Source of the DNA: Nitrobacter sp. 62-13
GTDB taxonomy: Bacteria; Pseudomonadota; Alphaproteobacteria; Rhizobiales; Xanthobacteraceae
Reading direction: 5' to 3'
Length of the DNA: 55,916 nt
Assembly: GCF_001896955.1 (NCBI RefSeq)
Contig: NZ_MKRN01000176.1
Coordinates: 8,017-63,932 of the forward strand
Every line of letters starts with the position of its first letter. The stretch's first letter is position 1. A model generated the notes under the pieces. The model was not told the DNA's origin. It did no database searches and worked only from the letters and a program-made list of their open reading frames with translations. This document shows, piece after piece, positions 1 to 8,419 of this stretch. The translations under genes and the position numbers were made by a program.

Positions 1-209
1 CTCGTCTGCCTCCCGCGATTGCTGAAGCAAGCGGTCTGATCGAGCCGCAATCGAGCCGGCAGAACCGCAACGAACCCTGAAAAGGATCGCGACCTCAACC
101 GATCAGCGATCCATCGTGCCGGAAACCAATGCCCTGCTCTTTGCAAACTGCGATCAGGCCTTCTTCAACAGCCTGTTAATCTAGACGTGCGAAAACGCCG
201 CAATCAGAA

Positions 210-225
210 TTAATAACTTGTTAAC
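210..225. promoter_or_regulatory. CtrA-binding box (TTAA-N7-TTAAC)
   Basis: TTAAtaacttgTTAAC is an exact match to the CtrA consensus, about 80 bp upstream of the HTH gene at 308. Confidence 0.6.
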
Positions 226-307
226 CAGCTTGGCTTGAAATGGCTGTGGGCTGATCTCGAAGGTTCCCGCTCCTATCACTGAGTGGGACAGTAGTGGATT
301 ACGAATC

Positions 308-607
308 ATGCCTCCTGAGTCTGCATGTACACCACTTCAAACGCGTACGCCCTCAAAGCAACTGGTGTCTCAGTTGATTGGCGCGACCGTCAGCGAAGTT
401 GAGCGAGAACTGGTGTTGCAGACGATCATTCATTGCAACGGCAATCGGACTCGCGCCGCACGCATGCTCGGGGTGTCTATCCGTACGATCAGGAACAAGC
501 TCCGCGAATATTCGGCTGCGGCGGAAACCTATCCGCGCCAGTTGACAAGCAGAGCGCCCCGCACTTCGGGAGCGAAGAAGCCCTCTTCTGAAGCCGCATT
601 TCAATGA
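308..607 (+). CDS. Stand-alone Fis-type HTH protein (resembles the FlbD/NtrC C-terminal domain)
   Basis: LIGATVSEVERELVLQTIIHCNGNRTRAARMLGVSIRTIRNKLREY is an HTH_8 signature; no receiver or AAA+ domain. Confidence 0.8.
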   Translation: MPPESACTPLQTRTPSKQLVSQLIGATVSEVERELVLQTIIHCNGNRTRAARMLGVSIRTIRNKLREYSAAAETYPRQLTSRAPRTSGAKKPSSEAAFQ

Positions 608-1153
608 AAGGGCCACACGAAAACCGTGCGGCCCTTATCATTCCGCAGCGCACATCCGACGCGAGGTCGACGCGATGGGCAAAAAACTCGGTCCGGAGTT
701 CGGCCAGGGTGAGCGCCGCGAAATCGCCAGAACTATCGACGAGATTGCCAAACGCATTCGCCAGTATCTCGGAATTACGCTTCTGACCCGCCTGCTAACC
801 GGCATTCCCACCGCTTTGTGAGCGTTCACGCACCAGCCCGCAAGCTGATCGTCGTCTTCGAACAGGTGGTTCACTCGTGCGATTGCCCGAAGCAACGATC
901 TGGCGGCTGTACACCTCGGAATTAATGACTCGCTTCATCTGCGGACGCAAAATGCACGGACCAGGTCTTATCGACCTTTTCATTCCGGTCGTTGTCGTCC
1001 GGTGGGGAAACGACGATCTCCCTCGTGACGTGTCCGATTCCGTCGAGCACTTCCTTGTAGCGCACAACGGCTGCTTCCGATTGAGCAATGTGAGCTGGGC
1101 TTTGAAACCGGTTTCCCGCCAGTGCTGGCGCGTCGTCGGCGCTTCCGCGGCTG

Positions 1154-1459
1154 CTAGTATGCGGCTAGTGTAGCACCATCCGGACGCGCCAAGCTTCCGG
1201 GAGTGACAAAGCTATCGGCGGTGGTCAGCTGCACCGTACCGCAGGCTTTCATCGATTGCATGCCGGTCTCCGCTTCTGCCCTGGTCTTGAAGTCTATTTG
1301 CTCGTCGATGGTGTCGGCCTTGGTAGTGGGCCGTCTGTCCACGATCGCGCGTTTCTTCGTCGTAGGATCGCGGACCACGTAGAACTTGGCGGATGCCCCC
1401 GTCTGCGCAAACGATCCCGTGGCTAAACACGCAAGCGCGCACAGAGCCAACTTCTTCAT
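1154..1459 (-). CDS. Small secreted hypothetical protein (paralog of 1593..1838)
   Basis: Signal peptide MKKLALCALACLA; core FYVVRDPTTKK..IVD..PTT..FKTRAEAETGM; GGAGG RBS. Confidence 0.7.
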   Translation of the reverse strand: MKKLALCALACLATGSFAQTGASAKFYVVRDPTTKKRAIVDRRPTTKADTIDEQIDFKTRAEAETGMQSMKACGTVQLTTADSFVTPGSLARPDGATLAAY

Positions 1460-1542
1460 GAGTATCCTCCCCCTGCCGTGCCGATCGTTCCTCCTGAGCG
1501 CTCATGCTGTGGACGCGGAGTGTGTTAGTAAACGAACGCATG

Positions 1543-1575
1543 AAAAACGCCCCGCCGAAGCGAACTGGCGGGGCG
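1543..1575 (-). terminator. Rho-independent terminator
   Basis: CGCCCCGCC/GGCGGGGCG stem followed by TTTTT on the minus strand, just after the 1593 stop. Confidence 0.75.
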
Positions 1576-1592
1576 AAACGGACGCAACGGAA

Positions 1593-1838
1593 TCAATCCT
1601 CGTGCTCGTCCGTCGTGCAGACTTTCATGGTCTTCATGCCGGCTTCGGCTTCGGACCGGGTGCCAAAGATGCCATGGTCCACGATGGTTGTCGTAACGGT
1701 CGGCTTCTGGTCCACGATGGTGCACCTCTTCGTCGCCGGATCGCGCACAATGTAATATTCTTCGTGAACCGTCGTCGTTTGCGCAAGCGCTGACGTGGCA
1801 ATACATGCAATGACTGCGCTAAAGGCAAATGTCTTCAT
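1593..1838 (-). CDS. Small secreted hypothetical protein
   Basis: Start moved to ATG 1838 (GGAGG RBS, signal peptide MKTFAFSAVIACIATSALA); YYIVRDPATKRCTIVDQKPT..FGTRSEAEAGMKTMKVC. Confidence 0.75.
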   Translation of the reverse strand: MKTFAFSAVIACIATSALAQTTTVHEEYYIVRDPATKRCTIVDQKPTVTTTIVDHGIFGTRSEAEAGMKTMKVCTTDEHED

Positions 1839-1872
1839 CAGGCAGTTCCTCCGTTGAACAACGAAGAACCAA

Positions 1873-1898
1873 AACGCCGCTTCGCGGCCGTTTGTTCC
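1873..1898 (-). promoter_or_regulatory. sigma-EcfG (general stress response)-type promoter
   Basis: GGAAC-N17-CGTT on the minus strand, 35 bp before ATG 1838. Confidence 0.7.
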
Positions 1899-2019
1899 GT
1901 GAGGCATCCGCCTAGCCCGCCGAATCCGTTGAGTGCTCTCGCTATGGGCGGCGTTGCGCCGGTGCGAGTGCGTTACTGGCTAGACTGTTTCTCATTGAAT
2001 CAGATCACTGCGTAGCACT

Positions 2020-2125
2020 GGAACTGCTGTTGCCAGTCGAGCGTTTGACGGGCACAGCTGCGGGAAGCAACCGACATTCAATAGCGATCGCAATGGTATC
2101 GGAACAATAGCACCCTCGCTCAGTT
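2020..2125 (+). promoter_or_regulatory. Two sigma-EcfG-type promoter motifs
   Basis: GGAAC-N17-CGTT at 2020-2045 and GGAAC-N17-GTT at 2101-2125, upstream of the 2211 CDS. Confidence 0.6.
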
Positions 2126-2210
2126 GCTCAGGGGGGCTCTCGTTTATCAGACCGGTCTATGTGCGCTTCAATGGAGGGAAAGCGCTCGAGCAAACAAGGA
2201 GTGACATCGA

Positions 2211-3836
2211 ATGATGAATACAGCAAAGAGCAGGCTTCTGGTCACGACCGCAGCATTGCTTGCCGGTGTGAGCTTTGCGTCGGCGCAAAGCATGAGCGGC
2301 GGTGCTAGCGGTGCGGCGAGCGAAACGGGAACGTCGGCGGGCATTCACTCCAAAAGCGGAATGGGTAGCGGCCTTTCTGGTAGTGAGGGCGCTTCTCATC
2401 GCGAGGGAATGACACAGGGTCGCAAGTCCGAACCCAGTCAGAGTGGCCGGGCCGAAGGTTCCTCCGCACGCAGCGAACAGCGCGAGGACTCTGGCACCCA
2501 CGAGCGTAGCCGCGCGGAAGGCCAGCGCGATAGCAGCAAGGGACAGACGGTCGGCCAGGGGCGGTCCGACCGTGACTCCGACCGCGACAATGCGCGCCGT
2601 TCGGAGGACTCGAGCAAGGAACAGCGTGGCGCCGGCAAAGAGCGCGCGCAGCACCAGGGCCGAAAGGACAAGGGTCAGACGGTTGGTCAGAGCAAGTCCG
2701 AGCGCGACAATGCGCAGCGATCCGAAGATCGCACGCAGGACAAGGGCAAATCCGACGCCAAGGCTGACAGCAAGGCTGATAACAAGTCCAATAGCCAGCA
2801 AAACGGATCCGGCATCAAGGGCCAGAGCGCCCAGGACCGGAATTCGAACTCCGGCGTCAATCAGAACGCGGCGCAGGGCGAAACAAACACGCAGGGACAT
2901 ACCCAGAGCCAGACCACTGCCGGCCTTAAGACCCAGAGCGGCAAGAACGTGACAGCACAGCAGCGGACGACGCTACAGACGTCGGTTTTGCACGCCAGCA
3001 ACGCCCCGCATGTCGACGTGAACTCGATCAATTTTCAGGTTCGTTCCGGCATATCGGTTCCGTCGAGCGTGCACATTGCCTCTGTCTCCACCTATCCAGC
3101 GCTGATAGACGTGTTTCCCGCCTATCGTGACGACAGCTTCTTCGTCGTGGAAGACGAGGTCGTGATCGTCGATCGCGATCGCCGTATCGTCGACGTGGTA
3201 CCGGTAGGTCCGCGAGCGCGCTTCGCCGGCGGCGGTAGCAGCAGTGGGCATGTCGCCGCGGTCGACCTGCCACCGGACGACATTCGCCTCATCCAGCGCG
3301 TGTTGATCGATCGTGGTCTCCTGGATGGAGATGCCGACGGTGTGTGGGGTCCGGAAACCCGCGAAGCCCTCACAACGTACCAGCGTCAGCAAGGTATTGC
3401 CGTGACCGGCGGCATCGACATGCGCACGGTTTCGTCGCTTGGCGTTTCCGGTCGGCTAAGCCAGCAGGCACGTGAGAGCATCCAGTCGCAGTCTTCGTCG
3501 AATGACGCTCAAACCTCAACCGGGGCCAAGACCACTAAGCGTCAGGGGCAGAGCGGTCAGATGAATCAGCCGTCGAACCAGCAGAACGCGACCGGTGAGA
3601 CACCAAACCAGAATTCTGGCCAGGCGCAGAACCCCGAGGCGCAGAACCCCATGTCTTCGTCTTCGACAACGGGACAAAGCATGCCCAATCGGTCGAACAC
3701 GACGGGTCAGGCTCACGAACCCTCGCAGAGCGGAAGCTCGTCGACGTCCAATCAGCCGAGTGCGAATCAGAGCACGCCGTCGGGATCATCGTCAGGCTCT
3801 CCAGGCCCGGCCCAGCGCAGTGGCCCGAATCACTGA
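2211..3836 (+). CDS. Secreted low-complexity protein with DUF1236 and peptidoglycan-binding domains
   Basis: Signal peptide; S/Q/G/R-rich arms; DUF1236-like VPSSVHI..FFVVEDEVVIVD.DRRIVDVV; PG_binding_1-like IQRVL..ADGVWGPETREALTTYQRQQG. Confidence 0.8.
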   Translation: MMNTAKSRLLVTTAALLAGVSFASAQSMSGGASGAASETGTSAGIHSKSGMGSGLSGSEGASHREGMTQGRKSEPSQSGRAEGSSARSEQREDSGTHERSRAEGQRDSSKGQTVGQGRSDRDSDRDNARRSEDSSKEQRGAGKERAQHQGRKDKGQTVGQSKSERDNAQRSEDRTQDKGKSDAKADSKADNKSNSQQNGSGIKGQSAQDRNSNSGVNQNAAQGETNTQGHTQSQTTAGLKTQSGKNVTAQQRTTLQTSVLHASNAPHVDVNSINFQVRSGISVPSSVHIASVSTYPALIDVFPAYRDDSFFVVEDEVVIVDRDRRIVDVVPVGPRARFAGGGSSSGHVAAVDLPPDDIRLIQRVLIDRGLLDGDADGVWGPETREALTTYQRQQGIAVTGGIDMRTVSSLGVSGRLSQQARESIQSQSSSNDAQTSTGAKTTKRQGQSGQMNQPSNQQNATGETPNQNSGQAQNPEAQNPMSSSSTTGQSMPNRSNTTGQAHEPSQSGSSSTSNQPSANQSTPSGSSSGSPGPAQRSGPNH

Positions 3837-3850
3837 TCGATTAGACAAAC

Positions 3851-3879
3851 GGGCCCCGCTTCGGCGGGGTCCCTTTTTT
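3851..3879 (+). terminator. Rho-independent terminator
   Basis: GGGCCCCGC-TTCG-GCGGGGTCCC followed by TTTTTT. Confidence 0.85.
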
Positions 3880-4109
3880 GTGTGCAGACATTTTTTGCTT
3901 GTTTGCTCAGTCGAGTTAGGATGCTCTTTCATCATGAAGTCTGCCGCAGCGAGAATGACATTTAACTCGGACCGTTTGATGTTACTCATTAATTCCCATT
4001 CGTGAGACGAGCCGTATATTTGCTGCGTCGCATGTGGAGCCCCGAGACACTTCACGCTCCGAAAGACCACCCGAATCGAAATGGCAGCTCTGCACGGTTG
4101 AGTGACTGA

Positions 4110-4358
4110 ATGCCTCTTCAATTCCACCGCGTCTTCGACGAGATGCAAATTTGGAGCGCAAACAGCGGCGGCTACTCCTTCACAATTAGCTTCTTCGAAA
4201 GTCTTTCCGGTCCCGGTTTTCGCCGCACCTCGGGATACGTGGCATCGTGGTGTCCTCAAGGCCGTGGCCCGATCAAGATCACCGGCTCACCATTTCGGTC
4301 TTTCGAAGAGGCCGAAGCCATTTGCGATGCGATGCTGAAAAACCTGGTAAGCGAATAA
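4110..4358 (+). CDS. Hypothetical protein (82 aa)
   Basis: Protein-like composition ending GSPFRSFEEAEAICDAMLKNL; function unknown. Confidence 0.55.
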   Translation: MPLQFHRVFDEMQIWSANSGGYSFTISFFESLSGPGFRRTSGYVASWCPQGRGPIKITGSPFRSFEEAEAICDAMLKNLVSE

Positions 4359-4459
4359 AAAGGCCGCATCCAAAACGAGCGCTCCCATCTGGTCGTGTTC
4401 ACGATGAAGCGGCTGCGGATTGATGGAGGCCGTAGGCGCCCAGAGTTCAACTCGAACGA

Positions 4460-5140
4460 AGCCTTTTCGGGAGTGTTACCGCCGATGGATCGCCGATGGT
4501 CGGGACCTAGATCCGCGCACCCAGCACCCCTTCCTTCAGGGTGGAGCGACCGGGGGCCTCGACATGAATATTGTCGTCGTTGCGGTTGAAGCAGCGATGT
4601 GGCTCGATTGAAGCTCGACATAGGCATTCCCTGGCGGTCCACCGCCGAGGCCTGCCATTCCCTGCCGGTCCTCGGCACCTTCAGATATTGCCATCTGCAG
4701 TGTTTTGCCCTGTGACAGCGCGATTGTTGGTACGGGGCCGTTAGCAAGGTCGACGAGGTCACCCGGGAGAGCACGTATTTGACATCCTGGCTGCGCGCGC
4801 GAAATGTGCCCTGCGACCGCCCCCACCGGTCGCAAACGCACACGAGAGAAACTTCCCTAGTTTCTCGTTGCTGGCAAAGCCATCCTGCGTCGCGTGGGAG
4901 GCAGCCGTCGGCGAAGTCCCGATAGAACTCCGTCGCTCCGCTCCGCTGGCAGATCTCAACCGGATCGAATCTCCGTCGCGTCTCTTTGTCGTCGAGGAAG
5001 TCCTTGGCCGCCGCTAATCTTTGAACTTTCCGCAGCCACCTTGTCGCCCGGATTGCATGATGGGATGGAATTTGCTTGCCAGTTTCTTGAATGCGTCCTT
5101 GATCTCTTTGTCGGTCGCAGATCGATTGACGCCGAGGGCT
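4460..5140 (-). pseudogene. Heavily decayed DnaJ-class (CbpA-like) chaperone gene
   Basis: Collinear fragments in shifting frames: LGVNRSATDKEIKDAFKKLASKFHP, NPGDKVAAE, DDKETRRRFD, ASGAER, FRARSQDVKY, GMAGLGGGPPGNAYVEL, NDDNIHVE, EGVLGARI*VPTIG. Confidence 0.8.
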
Positions 5141-5735
5141 GATCCCATCACGTCACAACATGGGGGGATCGCCGCTCGCCAAAGTCAGTTTACAGCCAAT
5201 CCAATGGTCGGTTCACCGATAGCTCAGACAGCGACCGTGGGTAGCCGATCGCGCACCGGCTGCACAATCCGAGTCGAAGACATTGCGCCGGATTGTAACG
5301 TGCAACCTCTCGGCCTTTCGTTGGGATCCTATGAATGCCGAGCTGAGAGGCAACCGACTGCTCAGGGCTGGAGAGATCTTCGACAGCAGCAAATCGCGCG
5401 CAAAAACATCCCGGTTTCCGTCGATGTTCCTTCGACCGATTGTAACATAGGCTTTCCTCGTCCCATCGCGTGGGTACGAAGGCGCGATCGATTTCGGTTG
5501 ACTCCATCATTTTCAAGGCACCTAGAGGGAGCGTGGACTTTATCGCGTGCGATTGGAACGGTGCGCCAGCCCCATGTGTGTTGTGAAACAAAACTTGAAG
5601 ATGAGCATTTGATCCAATAGCTGCACACATCGTTAGTTCGAAAATCCGGTGGCGGGCGTTACAGCCGCGACCACGGAACGTTCCACGAGGAAGCGCCCTT
5701 TCAAAGCTCCGCAACATTGAAGGGGAAATCAATAA

Positions 5736-7196
5736 ATGTCCGATTCAACGACGAGCCGACCCGGTCGCCTGGCGGCCGGCGGGCGTCATTCCGTGATTCT
5801 GCGTGTATCATCTTTAATTGTCGCCGGGATTCTTTCTGCACTCATGGTAACGGCCGTCGTCCCGCCTATCGTTGCGGATCAATCGGACCGGGCTATCATC
5901 AACGCGCCGGTCAAACTTCTGACTGCTCCGATCAATGGAGACATTGTTTTATTGTCGGCGACGCCGGGGCGCGGAGTGAACGCCGGCGATGTGCTGGCGC
6001 AAATTTCCAATGCCAGGCTCGATCGAACCACCCTCATCATGCTAGAGCAGAAGGCATCCGACGCACGGCAGAAATTGGCGGCGACGCAAGAAAAGCGGGG
6101 TTCTGACCTGAATTATCTGACGTCGCTAAGTGCGGAAATCGGGGGCCAGCTGACACAACTGAAAACGCTATTCAAATCGCAGATCGAGGAGTTGCGGGCC
6201 CAGGTCGCCGAATCCGATTCACTTGGCGGAGCGAAGAAGGCGCTGGTCGATCGGCAGACCAAATTGGTCGAGCGGAATACCGCGAATATGGACATGTTAA
6301 ATCCGACGCTGAAGCAGTATTCAGCGGCGCTTCACAAGACAGAGGCCGACAAGGCGAAACTCGGCCAAAAAATCAGCCAACTTGACGCTTTGGAAAGAGG
6401 AATCTACGTCGGCGACGAATTGATTCCTATTGCTACCCTTGTTCAGAAGCGGCGCGATATCGATCTCGACGCCAAGCGGCTCGCAATCGAAGAGGCTGAA
6501 TTGTCCGCGCAGCTCGCCGACCAGCAGGGGCCGATGGATGCGGAACGCGCCCGGCTTGCCAAGTTGGCCGCGGCGGAGGTGCGCGTTCCGGGCAAAGGCA
6601 TGGTCATGGCGGTTGAAGCCTCCAAGGGACGTCATGTCGGTGCTGGCGACGCGCTGGCCTCGCTGGTCGATTGTGAGCAGCAGTTTGTGGTCGCCATCTT
6701 CTCTTACCGTCAGGGCCAGAACCTGGCGGCCGGCACGCATGTCCGGGTTGATGGAGCACCTTTCAAATCCGGCATCATCACCTCGCTATTGCCAAAGACT
6801 AGCGACAAGCTCGACGAACGTTACGCGGTGCCGTTTCCGCAAACTGAACGGCGGGAAATGTACGCGATCGTGATGCCGGATCAAAAGGGCGGCGATGGTC
6901 TGCGCACGAACTCCACGGAGGCGGATGGGAAGTCCTCGCCTTGCGCGGTTGGTAAATGGGTGACAGTGACGCGGGACAATGGCGCCGTTGTCCCGTCAAT
7001 GTCAGTCGCCTGGCGTCAGCTCACGGCCTTCGTGACATCGTGGGGATCCGCCAACGCTCAATCGCTCCCTGAGCGCAATCGCAAGGCGGGACACGCCCGT
7101 CTCGCGGAGAAATTCCGCGAAGCTTCGCAAGACAGCGTCGCATTGACGAAATGGGAAGACTGGCCGACTCGCACCGAAGCGGTCGTTTCAAAGTGA
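5736..7196 (+). CDS. HlyD/membrane-fusion-like protein (BgsB-like)
   Basis: N-terminal TM segment, biotinyl-lipoyl half-motifs (APINGDI..GRGVNAGDVL; VPGKGMV..GRHVGAGDAL) around a long coiled coil. Confidence 0.8.
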   Translation: MSDSTTSRPGRLAAGGRHSVILRVSSLIVAGILSALMVTAVVPPIVADQSDRAIINAPVKLLTAPINGDIVLLSATPGRGVNAGDVLAQISNARLDRTTLIMLEQKASDARQKLAATQEKRGSDLNYLTSLSAEIGGQLTQLKTLFKSQIEELRAQVAESDSLGGAKKALVDRQTKLVERNTANMDMLNPTLKQYSAALHKTEADKAKLGQKISQLDALERGIYVGDELIPIATLVQKRRDIDLDAKRLAIEEAELSAQLADQQGPMDAERARLAKLAAAEVRVPGKGMVMAVEASKGRHVGAGDALASLVDCEQQFVVAIFSYRQGQNLAAGTHVRVDGAPFKSGIITSLLPKTSDKLDERYAVPFPQTERREMYAIVMPDQKGGDGLRTNSTEADGKSSPCAVGKWVTVTRDNGAVVPSMSVAWRQLTAFVTSWGSANAQSLPERNRKAGHARLAEKFREASQDSVALTKWEDWPTRTEAVVSK

Positions 7197-8419
7197 TCCG
7201 CCCCGTCGTCATCGGTTTTTGTATTGCGATCGTGTCTGGTTCCGCAGCAAACGGCGATCCAGCCTCCCGCGATAATACCTATTGTGCGGGGCTGAGCCGT
7301 GCTGTGGCATCCCAGGCGCATGGTTCGGAGCCGGTCTTTATCCGAAGCTATGAACCCGGAAAGAATGAAGATCATTTGCCCCGTGGACTGGCCACGACTG
7401 CATTTGTCTACGATAACGCCTTGGCCACGATCGCCCTAGTGGCATGTGGAAATCTGCCTGCAGCGCGGATGATTGGCGACGCCCTGAGCAACGCGGTTCG
7501 CACCGACCGAACATTCCGTGACGGACGCATCCGCAATGCCTATCGTGCCGGCCCGCTCGGCAAAGGCCCGCCTGTGCTTCCGGGCTGGTGGGACAGCGAC
7601 AAGAAATTATGGGCAGAAGATCCTGCGCAGGATGGCACCGCGACTGGTAACGTCGCCTGGGCTGCGTTGGCGTTGCTGACGCTACATCAGGCGACCGGGA
7701 ACGCGGCCTATCTCGCCGGTGCCGAGCGGCTGCTCGCGTGGATCACAGACAACACGGCCGCGGAGGCCGAGGGCTTTCGCGGCGGGTTCCACGGCTACGA
7801 TCCGAGCCAGGTGCGGCTCGACTGGGTATCGACCGAGCACAACGTGGATGTGTACGCGGTGGCCAACTGGCTTTTTCGCCTGACCGGCAATCCGAAATAC
7901 GCCGAGGCGGCTTCGAAGGCGCGGCGGCTTCTCGACGCTTGCTTTCGCGGCGATCACTTTCTGCTCGGGCGCAACGCCGATGGAAAACCTGCTGACGCCG
8001 CGATGCTCGCACTCGACGTTCAGCTCTGGCCATGGATGGCGGCGCCCGATGCGCCAGGCGAGTGGCGGCAGGCTCTTCGATTCGCAGAGATGCATCTGGC
8101 TGTACCCGGAGGTTTCGACTTCAATGGAGACCGCGACGGTCTGTGGGTTGAAGGAACCGCGCAGGCGGCGCTGGCCTATCGTATGTCCGGGAATCATGCA
8201 CGCAGCCGAGAGATTTTGGCCGGGCTACGTTCGGATCGGACGGAATCTGGCCTCCTCAATGCGACGCGCAGCAGCAGGGTGACCACCGGCCTGTCGGTCG
8301 ACCCCACCGCCACCAACGCCAACTTCTTTTACTATCGAAGGCCCCATCTCGGTGCCACGGCATGGGCCGCGTTGGCGGCGACCGGCTGGAATCCATTCAC
8401 AGGACGGGAGGCGAACTGA
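7193..8419 (+). CDS. Secreted putative (alpha/alpha)6-barrel carbohydrate-active enzyme
   Basis: GTG start overlaps the upstream TGA (GTGA); signal peptide; helical repeats with YDNALA, TGNVAWAALAL, STEHNVD, WVEGTAQ motifs. Confidence 0.6.
   Translation: MIRPVVIGFCIAIVSGSAANGDPASRDNTYCAGLSRAVASQAHGSEPVFIRSYEPGKNEDHLPRGLATTAFVYDNALATIALVACGNLPAARMIGDALSNAVRTDRTFRDGRIRNAYRAGPLGKGPPVLPGWWDSDKKLWAEDPAQDGTATGNVAWAALALLTLHQATGNAAYLAGAERLLAWITDNTAAEAEGFRGGFHGYDPSQVRLDWVSTEHNVDVYAVANWLFRLTGNPKYAEAASKARRLLDACFRGDHFLLGRNADGKPADAAMLALDVQLWPWMAAPDAPGEWRQALRFAEMHLAVPGGFDFNGDRDGLWVEGTAQAALAYRMSGNHARSREILAGLRSDRTESGLLNATRSSRVTTGLSVDPTATNANFFYYRRPHLGATAWAALAATGWNPFTGREAN

Noticed and set aside
604-1150. Several overlapping short ORFs
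   Set aside because: No recognisable motif or RBS; possibly a decayed gene but I cannot support a call
2157-2900. 247-aa hydrophobic minus-strand ORF
   Set aside because: Antisense shadow of the low-complexity 2211-3836 gene
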